The notes beneath the pieces were generated by a model, which saw only the letters and a list, made by a program, of their open reading frames with translations, was not told the DNA's origin and did not search any database. 64,000 nt of DNA, taken from assembly GCA_964345885.1 (NCBI GenBank), contig CAYFSW010000124.1:4042-68041 (forward strand), given 5' to 3'. The DNA comes from an uncultured Gemmatimonadota bacterium. GTDB lineage: Bacteria; Gemmatimonadota; Gemmatimonadetes; Palauibacterales; KS3-K002. Below, in pieces: positions 33,982-43,118 of this stretch. The translations under genes and the position numbers were made by a program. Numbering within the stretch: position 1 is the first letter of the stretch; each line of letters starts with the position of its first letter.

Positions 33982-35640
33982 TCAGCGGCGCGCTCCGCGA
34001 GCACTGCCGCTCCCGCGCGGGTCCGCGACGCCGATGTACGCCTCGGTCGGTGCATCGAACTCGATCCCGTGGATCCGCGCGAAGTAAGGTGCGGAGGCAC
34101 GAGCTTTGGGAGTGAGGCCGAAACTCGCCAGCTCAGCCATATCCGCCGCCGACCAGGTGGCCGCGCGCCGGCCCTCGATGTAAATCACCTCGGGCGTGGG
34201 GTGGAAGCGCGGTAGTGCCATGGCGTCCGCCAGGCAAAGTTCCTCGTCCACCACACGGCTCACGACCTCGACGATCGCCGAGATGATGCGCCGAGCCCCC
34301 GCAGCGCCCAGCACGTACGCCGGTTCCCCATCCTTCAGCACGATGAGCGGCGACTGCGACGAGAAGGGACGCGCACCCGGGGGCAGCGATCCCAGGTAAC
34401 CCATCGTCGCCGCGTAGACGAACCCCAGACCCCTGGCTGCCACCTTCGAGCCCATCGTCGGTCCCAACGACTGGGTGAGCGCGACCAGGCCGCCGTCCCC
34501 GTCGGCAACCGAGAGGTGCGTCGTATGCGCCGACTCCGCAGCACCGAGCGCGGCGAGCGCGCCGGGCGACATGGCGACCGACTGTGCGGCGCCCGGGTCC
34601 TCCACCTGCTCGGCGCGAGTCGCCGCCCACTCCTTGGAGGCCAGGGTGTACGCCTGCTCGATGACCGTCCCCAGATCCTTGGTGCGATCCTCGAAGCTCA
34701 GCAGTAGGGCCTGCGCGGTGAGCGCCAGCCACTCGGGCGTCCCTGCCCGATCGGTGAGGTTGAAACGCTCTAGGATATGTAGCGCCTCGATCGTCGTGGC
34801 TCCCGAAGCGGGGAGGTAAGTGCCGACCAGTTCGTGGCCCCGATAGCTGCCCCGCACGACCAGCGAGCGGCGTGCCTCGTAGTCCGCCAGGTCGTCCCTG
34901 CGTACGTAGCCGCCACCGCGCTCCATGTCGGCGGCGACGCTGTCGGCGATCCAGCCTTGGTAGAACGCGTCGGCGCCACCCTCGGCGATGGCGCGCAACG
35001 TACGGGCGAGTTCGGGCTGCACAAGTCGTTCGCCCCCGCCATAAATTGAGCCGTCCGGCTTGAGGAAGTATCGGGCGGAACTCTCGAACTCCCGCAGCTG
35101 GTCCGCGACGCCGGCGATTCGCTCGGCCGCCCCGGCAGGCAACGCAAAGCCCCCTTCGGCGAGTGCGATGGCGGGCGCGATGAGTTCCGCCCACGGCCGC
35201 GTGCCGTGGGCGGCGTGGGCCATGGCGAGGGCCGCCACCGTGCCAGGTACCCCGATCGTGGCAAAGCCGTAGAGATCCTCCTCCGCCGCCGGCTCAGCCG
35301 GCGCCCCGGCCGGGACCTCGGTGGTCCCATCGATCCCTGCGTACTCGCCGGCCGCGGTGCGCAGCAGTATCTGGGTGCGGCCGCCGAGCCCCGACATCGA
35401 TGGCTCGACCACGGAGAGTGCGAACGCTGTAGCGACGGCGGCGTCCACCGCATTTCCTCCCGACTCCAACACCTGCACGCCGACATCTGTGGCGAGTGGC
35501 GCGCCGCTGACCACCATGCCGTGGGTTGAGCGGGCGAGCTGGCCGGGTCCGTAGGCGGGATGCTCCGGCGCCTGGGGCTCGCACCCCAGGAACGCTAGGC
35601 CGGCTAGGAGCAGGACGCCGGAGACCACCGACGGTCTCAC
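33982..35640 (-). CDS. ggt: Gamma-glutamyltransferase
   Basis: Lipoprotein signal LLLAGLAFLGCE. TTHLSVADGDGG is the GGT autoprocessing Thr motif, and GSPGGARIIS-like residues appear as GAAGARRIIS. Confidence 0.9.
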   Translation of the reverse strand: MRPSVVSGVLLLAGLAFLGCEPQAPEHPAYGPGQLARSTHGMVVSGAPLATDVGVQVLESGGNAVDAAVATAFALSVVEPSMSGLGGRTQILLRTAAGEYAGIDGTTEVPAGAPAEPAAEEDLYGFATIGVPGTVAALAMAHAAHGTRPWAELIAPAIALAEGGFALPAGAAERIAGVADQLREFESSARYFLKPDGSIYGGGERLVQPELARTLRAIAEGGADAFYQGWIADSVAADMERGGGYVRRDDLADYEARRSLVVRGSYRGHELVGTYLPASGATTIEALHILERFNLTDRAGTPEWLALTAQALLLSFEDRTKDLGTVIEQAYTLASKEWAATRAEQVEDPGAAQSVAMSPGALAALGAAESAHTTHLSVADGDGGLVALTQSLGPTMGSKVAARGLGFVYAATMGYLGSLPPGARPFSSQSPLIVLKDGEPAYVLGAAGARRIISAIVEVVSRVVDEELCLADAMALPRFHPTPEVIYIEGRRAATWSAADMAELASFGLTPKARASAPYFARIHGIEFDAPTEAYIGVADPRGSGSARGARR

Positions 35641-37085
35641 GGCCGCCCTTCGCTGCTGGCGCGTCGAACCGCTTGGCCCGGTGCCACTCCTTGGACAAAC
35701 TCGCCGCGGTCGAGCACGACGGCCCCATTCACCAAGACGTAGTGCACGCCTTCGGAGTACTGCGCCGAATCGAGATAGGTGGCTCGATCGATGATCGTGT
35801 TCGGATCGAACACCGTGATGTCGGCGTAGGCCCCGACGCTCAGCCGGCCCCTGTATCGCATCGAGGGCACCGCCCGCTCCAGCCGCTGGGCGGGCATAAC
35901 CGTGATCTTTCGCAGTGCTTCCATGAGTGTGAGGTGGCCCTCCTCACGCGTCAGCTGGCCCAGCAGGTGGGCGAATGTACCGGCGCCGCGCGGGTGTCCC
36001 AGCCCGTCGACGATTACGCCATCGCTGGCGACCATCACGAAGGGATGCTTCAGCGCCATCAGCATCTCCTGCTTCGGGATGAAGAAGGTGATGATCGTAG
36101 CGCCCTGCTCGCGCCAGTAGTGGAAGGTTTCTTCGTTCAGCCGCTCGCCTGATTCGACAAGCATGATAGAGTCGTAGGTGACACCGCCGAAGCGCTCCTG
36201 CCAGCCTGGATCGTAGAGTGCCGACTCCAAGCGAGTGCTGTTCGCCAGGTACGGGTGGATATCGGCCATGACGTCGATCCCGTTCCGGCGCGCGCCCTCG
36301 ATCATCTCCAGCGAAACGTCCATCGAGCCGATGGCCGACGAGGCGAGGTGGACGACCTGGGCGCTGGCTCCGGTTATCGCCGCCGCGGCGATGACTTCCT
36401 GCACCGACTGGACGATGGTCTCGGGGAAGACCGAGCCTTTGTACCGCGAGTGGACGTGGGCAGGCACATCGTGTTGTGCGGCCACGTCGAACATGGCGAT
36501 GATCTCCTCGTAGGAAGCGCCGGGTGTGTAGTTGATGCCGAATCCGATCCCCACCGCGCCGGATTCGATGGCCTGAGCGGCGATCTCGCGCATCCGCGCG
36601 AGTTGGGGCCTGCTGGCCGGCGCATAGAGATCCGTAGCGGCCGCCGCCTCGCGGATGTCGGGGTGCCCCACCGTGGTTCCGTAGTTCACCAGCGAGCCTT
36701 CAGCCTGGAAGGCCGCGTACCAGCCCGGGATGTCGACTGGCCCGCCGTGCATGCTCACCACGGTGGTGGCGCCATCCTTGATCTTGTAGCGTTGGGGCTC
36801 CTGATCAGGCCGGATCCTCGCCAGGACGTCCACGAAGCCGGGCGCGACCACCAGGCCCGAGGCATCGATTACCCGATTGGCCGTGACCGGCTCGTTTGTG
36901 ATCGCAACGATCCGATCGCCGCGGATGAGCACGTTCTGCACGCGGTCGGTCCCGCTGGCCGGGTCCACCACCCGGCCGCCGACTACAGCGATGTCTCCTC
37001 TATCCTGGGCGGCTAAAGGGCTCACCCCGCAGATCGAGATCAGCCCTGCCAGGGGGAGGAGCTGACTAAGACGCGTCCTCAGCAT
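35637..37085 (-). CDS. Amidohydrolase (D-aminoacylase / N-acyl-D-amino-acid deacylase-like)
   Basis: Signal peptide. GFVDVLARI (metal-binding HxH position replaced, typical of D-aminoacylase). The C-terminal region ...GAYADITVFDP matches D-aminoacylases. Confidence 0.75.
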   Translation of the reverse strand: MLRTRLSQLLPLAGLISICGVSPLAAQDRGDIAVVGGRVVDPASGTDRVQNVLIRGDRIVAITNEPVTANRVIDASGLVVAPGFVDVLARIRPDQEPQRYKIKDGATTVVSMHGGPVDIPGWYAAFQAEGSLVNYGTTVGHPDIREAAAATDLYAPASRPQLARMREIAAQAIESGAVGIGFGINYTPGASYEEIIAMFDVAAQHDVPAHVHSRYKGSVFPETIVQSVQEVIAAAAITGASAQVVHLASSAIGSMDVSLEMIEGARRNGIDVMADIHPYLANSTRLESALYDPGWQERFGGVTYDSIMLVESGERLNEETFHYWREQGATIITFFIPKQEMLMALKHPFVMVASDGVIVDGLGHPRGAGTFAHLLGQLTREEGHLTLMEALRKITVMPAQRLERAVPSMRYRGRLSVGAYADITVFDPNTIIDRATYLDSAQYSEGVHYVLVNGAVVLDRGEFVQGVAPGQAVRRASSEGRP

Positions 37086-37261
37086 TGTTCTGCTCCTGTC
37101 TGTGTGCGGCTCTGCTCAGTCGATGGGTTGCGACGCAAGTTAGAGTCTGGGCCCGGCCCGTGACCAGGCCGGCCATGTAAAGCCGCGTTGAGCCTGACCA
37201 GGCCTAGCGGTTATCTTGGGAAAACTCGGTCACAATTGGCTCGCTTACCTGGAGCGGCGCT

Positions 37262-37702
37262 ATGCATTTGTGGGCCTGCGCGAGTTCGGTCGGGGCGAGG
37301 ATTCTCGCGGCGGCATTGGTATTCCTTTTCAGTTCGTGCTCTGACTCCACCGGGCCGGACTTGCTGCTGAGCTTCACCGCCGAGCGGTTTCTTAGCCCGG
37401 GGCCGTCGCCGCCGGTGACCGTGGAGGCAGGCGACGGGAGGATCACCGTCCAGGGTACTCTGAGTACGCCCTGCCTGGCCTCGGTGTCCGAGATAGTCGG
37501 CGAGGCGGACCGTAGCGGGTCGGAACTGGAGCTGCGGGTCGGCTGGGTCCCCGCCGGCGACTGCGTGCAGGGGGTCGACGTCTTCTTCTACGAGGCGGTG
37601 CTCGGCAGCTTGAGCGCTGGCGTCTACCGGCTCAGGGTTCTACACGTGCTCACCGGGCACGCGGCCTACGTGGCGCTCGACGAGGACGTACTGGTCGGTT
37701 AG
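37262..37702 (+). CDS. Hypothetical lipoprotein
   Basis: Signal peptide plus lipobox LFSSCSD. No recognised domain. Confidence 0.45.
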   Translation: MHLWACASSVGARILAAALVFLFSSCSDSTGPDLLLSFTAERFLSPGPSPPVTVEAGDGRITVQGTLSTPCLASVSEIVGEADRSGSELELRVGWVPAGDCVQGVDVFFYEAVLGSLSAGVYRLRVLHVLTGHAAYVALDEDVLVG

Positions 37703-37732
37703 GCGCTGCGGTTTCGGAAGGCACAGACGACT

Positions 37733-37761
37733 GTCCCCACCGGGCGAGGCCCGGTGGGGAC
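37733..37761. terminator. Perfect hairpin (12 bp stem, 5 nt loop) between convergent genes
   Basis: gtccccaccggg cgagg cccggtggggac. Confidence 0.6.
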
Positions 37762-37796
37762 AGCTTGTTCCATCCTCCGTCTCGGGTTGGGGGCGA

Positions 37797-39107
37797 CTAC
37801 GGACAGTACGCAGTGCCCCGGACGTTATCATTCACCAGACACTCGCTCTCAGAGATCGGGATGCAGATGGCCCGCGGGTTCTGTGCGGGACCCCAGACGA
37901 TCTCTCCGCCGTAGATGAACTGGACGGCCGGCAGGTAGGTGAGCCCTGCCTCATCCCAGCGCCGCATGTCGAAGAAGCGGCGACCCTCGAGCCAGAGCGT
38001 CAGGTGTCGCTCGCTGTCCAGGGTGATCCAGGCGTCCTGCAGGGTCATCCCCGTCGGATCGATGGGGGTCAGGTTCCAGAACGTCCGCACCTCGTTGATG
38101 CTGGCGATAGCTCCATCTATGCCCGCGGCGCCTGACTGTACCAGTTGCGCCTCCGCCTCGATCAGCCGCATCTCCGTCCCCTTCACCACCGGGATCTCGG
38201 CTCCCAGGTCCTGGTACTTCTCCTGTTGCCAATGCGGAGTCGACCCATCGGCGCCCTGGTCGTGAGCACAACCGGCTCCCGGCTGGGTGCAGTCGGTGTA
38301 TGGCGTCCGCGGATCCTGCGGGACCAAGCTACCCACGTACGTGAGGTACGCAGACATCTCCGGCCGCCGGTGGGTCTCGTCGTAGATCTCGTTGTACTCA
38401 CGCCCTGTGGGGCTGTCGTAGATCGCATTGTGGACGAAGTCGGTGGCCACCAGGCCGGCGTAGAGCACCGCGTTCGTCCAATCCTCCAGGCCGACGTACG
38501 CCTGGGCGAGACCTCCGTACGCCGCCGTCTCGATGTCCGTGTCACCCGCCTGCTGGGCGTGATCGGCGGCCTCGGTAAAGTGGCTGATGGCCCGCCGGAA
38601 CGCCGAGTCCGGTGCCTGGGCCGGGCCCCCGTCGAACACGGGCGTGCAGAACGCCTCGCCCAGGACCCGGTTGGCGAGGCCGGCGAAGAGGTACGCCCGG
38701 GCGGTCAGCTCGTTGCCCTCGAACTCGTAGCCCTCGATCGCCTGCATCCGCAGAAGCCCGTCCTCTGCCACCCAGCGGGCGCGCGAGACGGTCTCCCACT
38801 CGAAATCAACATAATCGGGGGGTATCAAGCCGACCCTAAACTCCCCCGTGCTGCTGTAACTTCCGCTGCCCGCCATCTCGTCGGACGCCCGGGCGACCAG
38901 GAACCCGATCTCGTCGTACCCCTGAGAGAAGTCCGACGACATACCGACGACCAGCGGCCTGACCGCGCGCTCGGCGTCGAGGTCTTCCTCGAGCACGCGG
39001 CCGGGGTTCTTGACGTCAAAATCACATGCCGCCAGGAGTAGCGCTCCCATGATGAGAGGCCCTACTGTCGCCCTGGCCGGCGCTGAAAAGGATGCTCTCG
39101 TAACCAT
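37797..39107 (-). CDS. RagB/SusD family nutrient-uptake outer membrane lipoprotein
   Basis: Lipoprotein signal LLLAACDF. TPR-like SusD architecture, and it lies directly downstream of a SusC gene. Confidence 0.85.
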   Translation of the reverse strand: MVTRASFSAPARATVGPLIMGALLLAACDFDVKNPGRVLEEDLDAERAVRPLVVGMSSDFSQGYDEIGFLVARASDEMAGSGSYSSTGEFRVGLIPPDYVDFEWETVSRARWVAEDGLLRMQAIEGYEFEGNELTARAYLFAGLANRVLGEAFCTPVFDGGPAQAPDSAFRRAISHFTEAADHAQQAGDTDIETAAYGGLAQAYVGLEDWTNAVLYAGLVATDFVHNAIYDSPTGREYNEIYDETHRRPEMSAYLTYVGSLVPQDPRTPYTDCTQPGAGCAHDQGADGSTPHWQQEKYQDLGAEIPVVKGTEMRLIEAEAQLVQSGAAGIDGAIASINEVRTFWNLTPIDPTGMTLQDAWITLDSERHLTLWLEGRRFFDMRRWDEAGLTYLPAVQFIYGGEIVWGPAQNPRAICIPISESECLVNDNVRGTAYCP

Positions 39108-39123
39108 TAGAGGTATCCCTCCC

Positions 39124-42100
39124 TCAGAAAGTCAACGTCAGGCTGACCAGGAACGACTTCGTCGGCCCCAGAGAGTAGTAGTCGATTCTCGAGAACTCAT
39201 CATTGCTGCCCTCTGTGGGGCCCTGCAAGCTCCCGTCCTCGATGCCCTCCGGGTCCATGGGATAGTCCGTGATCATTAACAGATTACGCGCTGCGAGTCG
39301 CAGCGTCGCCCCGCGGACACCTCCCAGCAAGAAGCGCTCTGGGACGCGGTAGCTGAGCGAGGCCTGACGGAGGCGGAAGAAGTCGGCCGCCAACGTCCAG
39401 GCATCGTAGCGCGGGTTGCTCCTGCAGCGGTACTGCATCAGCGCCGTGATGCCGTCGATCTCACCGTCAATTACTCTGTCACGGATCGACTTGGTGAAAC
39501 CCGGGTCGGTCGCGATGCGCCCCTCGAGATCGACCTCGCACTCCGGCCATTCGCCGCGCCGGACCTGCTGCCGCATCGTGCCGCCCGTCAGGACGTGACC
39601 GCCCTGTCCCTCGCCCAGAACGTCCAGGGTCAGGCGCCGCATCACGGTGATGGACGTGTTGATCCCGTAGCTGAAGGTCGGGTAGGCGGGCCCGAGGTAC
39701 CGCTCCTCAGTCTCCGGGGGTACGCCGACCTCGTTCGGGTTCGTCACCGCGTTGCCCCAGAAGCCGGGCATTGCGTAGCACCGCTTGGGCCGCGATGAAT
39801 CGATGAGGTCGTGCTCATAGTTGCAGCGGCGGATCTCCGGGTTGTAACCAACGCTGCCGCCGAAGGAGATGAGATCGAGCTCGCCGAGATCCGTGGCCTC
39901 GCTCTTGTGGGTCGAGTAGCGGAACCCGACCTCCCAGTCGAGGTTCTCCCAGCGGAGGACTCCGAGGTTCACGAACCACTCGGTGCCAAAGTTATCTACC
40001 TCACCGACGTTTATCAGCTGGGTGCCGATGAACCCGAGCGACGGTATCTGCTGGGTCGGAACCAGGGCATCGGTGGTCGTCTGCCAATAGCTGTTGAAGT
40101 CGAAGCTCACCCGGCCGTCGAAGGCCGAGCCCTCGAAGCCGATCTCCAACTCGTCGGTTTTCTCCGGGCCTAATTCTGCGTTACCAGGGTTGGCCGTCGT
40201 GACCCCAGGCTCGCCTTCGTCTCCGGCGATCTCCTGCCAGACTCGTTGGGAGTCGAACACGCCGGGCGCTTTGCCCGACTGGCCCCACGCCACGCGCAGC
40301 TTGGCCGTCTCCCACCAGTCGGGCCAGAACTCGTGCTCCGAGATCAGGTAGGAGGCGCCCAGCTTCGGGTAGGTCGCCCACCCGAAGTCGTCGCCGAAGG
40401 TGCTGAAGCCATCCCGGCGGACGCCGAGCGTCAGGAAGGCCCTGTCCCTCCAGCCGATCCGCTCCTGCAGGAAGTACCCGCCGCTGGTAACGTCGCGACG
40501 AAACTCGCTCACATCCCTCAGGGCGGCTGAGTCGAGGTCCTTGTCTCCGGGGCCGCCGAAATCGTCGCCGAACCCGTTGATCCTGCGGATCTTCTCGCTG
40601 TAGAGCTGGCCCCCGAACGAGAAGCTGGAAGTGAGCGACTCGCCGATCTCCGCCTGCCAGGTCCCGGCGTAGTCGAGGGTGAGAGTCCCCACCTGGTATG
40701 TGTCGTTCTCACGGTCGCCCAGCGCCACGCGGAAGAACCCGAATGGCCGCTCCTCGGTGTACTCCGTGCGGGAGAAATCGAGGCCGCCGGCGAGCCGATG
40801 AGTGAAGCCCGGCAAGGGCCGCCAGTTAGCGGTGAGTCCGGTGATGAAGTGGTCGGCGTAACTGTTGATCTTCATCTCCAGGGTCTTGCTGTCGTCGTGG
40901 CCGGGGGTGTAGTCGGACTCCCCGCGCCACACGTTCAGCAGGAACCCCTCGGCGTTGTCGCCGTCCGGGATCCACCTAACCTCGCGGCGGGCGTAGGAGT
41001 TGTTGAACTGGATATCCAGCAGATCGCTCGGTTGGAAGGTGAAGTTTCCCCGCACCGACCAGTCCCGGCTCCGCTGGGGCGCGATCACGCCCTCCTCGCG
41101 AGCCCACTTACCCGACACGAAGTAGCTCATATTCGTCGTGCCGCCGCGTACCGACACGTCATACTTCTGCAGGTGGCCGTTCTGCAGCCAGCTGCCGCCC
41201 TCCGGACAGCCCAGCACGTCGGCAGTGCAGTCGTTGGTGTGCAGGCCGGTCGGGTTGATGTCCTTGTCAGGCCCCACATGGCCCATCCAATTGACGCCCT
41301 GCTCAACGTTCAGGGTCCAGATCGGCCGGCCAGGAGTGCCTCGCTTGGTGAAGATCTGAATGACGCCGCCGCTCGCCTCCGTTCCGTACAGCGTGCTGGC
41401 CGCCGGCCCTTTGACGATCTCCACCCGCTCGATGTCCGCGGGGTTGATGTCGTTGAGCCCTGAGGTCGCCTGATTCGCCTCGTCGGCAGCCGACGGGGCC
41501 GAGCTGTAGATTCGGACCCCGTCGACGTAGACCAGCGGCTGGTTCCCCATCGCGAACGAGTTGATGCCGCGCAGGCGAATCTTGGAGCCAGCGCCCTCCA
41601 TCCCCGACGAGTTCATGACGACGGACCCGGTGGCGCGGCCCTGGAGCACGTCGTGGATGTCAGACACCGGCGCGTCCTCGAGGTCGGCCAGTGTAATCAG
41701 CGAGACGTCGTGCGGTAGCTCGCGCCGTCGGACCTCGGTCGCCATGCCGGTCACCACGATCCCTTCCATCTCGATCGGTCTTTCCCTGAGCTGGAAATCC
41801 AGCGTGGCAGTTGCACCGACCTGGACCGTGACGTCCTGGTTGACAGTGCCGTAGCCGATGAGCGTGGATCGGATTTCGTGCGTGCCGGCCGGCACGGCGT
41901 CCAGGACGTACTCTCCGTTCTCGCGCGTCAGCGTTCCGATTCTGGTGCCCACGACGCTAACGGCGACCGCTGCCAGCGGCGCGCCCGTGACCCTGTTAGT
42001 GACGCGACCCTGAATGCGCCCCGTCTGTGCCTCGACTGGAGCGGCCGCGGTCAGCAATGGGCCGAGGGCGATCGCCGCTCCGAACAGCGACGTCCGGAGC

Positions 42101-42135
42101 TGTCGCGCGAGCCTTAGTGAACCTTTCTTGTTCAT
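39124..42135 (-). CDS. SusC/RagA family TonB-linked outer membrane protein
   Basis: 1003 aa. N-terminal CarbopepD_reg-like domain (IQGRVTNRVTGAPLAAVAVSV) followed by plug and barrel, C-terminal ...LTLTF. Paired with SusD. Confidence 0.9.
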   Translation of the reverse strand: MNKKGSLRLARQLRTSLFGAAIALGPLLTAAAPVEAQTGRIQGRVTNRVTGAPLAAVAVSVVGTRIGTLTRENGEYVLDAVPAGTHEIRSTLIGYGTVNQDVTVQVGATATLDFQLRERPIEMEGIVVTGMATEVRRRELPHDVSLITLADLEDAPVSDIHDVLQGRATGSVVMNSSGMEGAGSKIRLRGINSFAMGNQPLVYVDGVRIYSSAPSAADEANQATSGLNDINPADIERVEIVKGPAASTLYGTEASGGVIQIFTKRGTPGRPIWTLNVEQGVNWMGHVGPDKDINPTGLHTNDCTADVLGCPEGGSWLQNGHLQKYDVSVRGGTTNMSYFVSGKWAREEGVIAPQRSRDWSVRGNFTFQPSDLLDIQFNNSYARREVRWIPDGDNAEGFLLNVWRGESDYTPGHDDSKTLEMKINSYADHFITGLTANWRPLPGFTHRLAGGLDFSRTEYTEERPFGFFRVALGDRENDTYQVGTLTLDYAGTWQAEIGESLTSSFSFGGQLYSEKIRRINGFGDDFGGPGDKDLDSAALRDVSEFRRDVTSGGYFLQERIGWRDRAFLTLGVRRDGFSTFGDDFGWATYPKLGASYLISEHEFWPDWWETAKLRVAWGQSGKAPGVFDSQRVWQEIAGDEGEPGVTTANPGNAELGPEKTDELEIGFEGSAFDGRVSFDFNSYWQTTTDALVPTQQIPSLGFIGTQLINVGEVDNFGTEWFVNLGVLRWENLDWEVGFRYSTHKSEATDLGELDLISFGGSVGYNPEIRRCNYEHDLIDSSRPKRCYAMPGFWGNAVTNPNEVGVPPETEERYLGPAYPTFSYGINTSITVMRRLTLDVLGEGQGGHVLTGGTMRQQVRRGEWPECEVDLEGRIATDPGFTKSIRDRVIDGEIDGITALMQYRCRSNPRYDAWTLAADFFRLRQASLSYRVPERFLLGGVRGATLRLAARNLLMITDYPMDPEGIEDGSLQGPTEGSNDEFSRIDYYSLGPTKSFLVSLTLTF

Positions 42136-42271
42136 AGGCTCCTCCTACGTTAGGACTCAGCCATGCGCGTTCCCGAGTCCGCTGCAGCGATTTCTACCTC
42201 GGGCGATGGAGCGCGCAAGTGAGCCTGTTGGTCCCTATCGGACCCCGCTGCGTGGCCAACGCGCCGGACAA

Positions 42272-42853
42272 CTAAAGGCCGCAACCGCGCCTTACGTCCC
42301 GGCTATCTGACGCGTTGCCCACTCCCCTCTTACTGTATATCAGAAGAACGCCGCCGCTGGCGCCCGTACCGTAAAGGGCGGTCGTCGCAGGGCCGCGTAG
42401 AATCTCGATTCGCGCAACGTCCAGCGGGTCGATGATGTCTAGGTACTCTATCCCGCTACGCAAAGGAAGTCGGATACCATCCACGAACACGAGCGGCTCG
42501 CTGGGACTTACGATGCTGTTGTTGCCGCGCAGCCCGAGGGACGAGGATCCTCGCGACTGCCAGTCGGCCGTGCTGACCAGTAACCCGGGAATTCGGGTCC
42601 GCAGGATATCGAGAAGGGATGCGCCTGAAGAGAATCTGATCAATGTGGCCTCGTCTACCGACTCGCACGTGGGGTCGGAAACGGACTGCTCCAGGGGGGG
42701 CGCTGCGTCGGCTGGGTCAGGTTGCGATTGAGATGGGGTGAGACAGCCGGTCGGGCCTAGGAGAAGGAGTAGAACGCACCCCACACCACTGCCTGTACGG
42801 CGGATCCTGCAGCGGCGGCGATCGTGCCATACGCCCTTGTGTAGCATGGCCAC
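42272..42853 (-). CDS. Stand-alone TonB-receptor plug-domain lipoprotein (or 5' remnant of a truncated receptor gene)
   Basis: Lipobox LLGPTGCL. LVFVDGIRL...IEILRGPATTALYGTGASGGVLLIYSKRG are plug-domain motifs. The ORF stops after 193 aa and no barrel follows. Confidence 0.5.
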   Translation of the reverse strand: MAMLHKGVWHDRRRCRIRRTGSGVGCVLLLLLGPTGCLTPSQSQPDPADAAPPLEQSVSDPTCESVDEATLIRFSSGASLLDILRTRIPGLLVSTADWQSRGSSSLGLRGNNSIVSPSEPLVFVDGIRLPLRSGIEYLDIIDPLDVARIEILRGPATTALYGTGASGGVLLIYSKRGVGNASDSRDVRRGCGL

Positions 42854-43118
42854 CTGCGTGTGTCATGACAGGTCGACTGCCCGACCACACCCGACACCAA
42901 ATGCCCGGGAGGCCCACTGCAGTTGGCTGAACTCCCGGTTTAGTGCCACAAACTCAGTCTATGGTAGGGACTTTCTCACCTTACCGCGTTGGCAGGGGGC
43001 TGTCAAGGAGATCGTGACACTGCGGGGTTTCTTCGGGGCCCAGTCACCACCGAGACATTGGAACTTGGGTCTTGGTCTCACCCAGCGTTGGATATTGGCT
43101 ATTCAGATCCTGTGGCCG

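Noticed and set aside
42880-43114. Possible sixth, full-length degenerate MITE copy upstream of 43090
   Set aside because: Only the right end (ggatattggctattcagatcc) is convincing. The upstream 200 bp show weak similarity at best, so only an end remnant is claimed.
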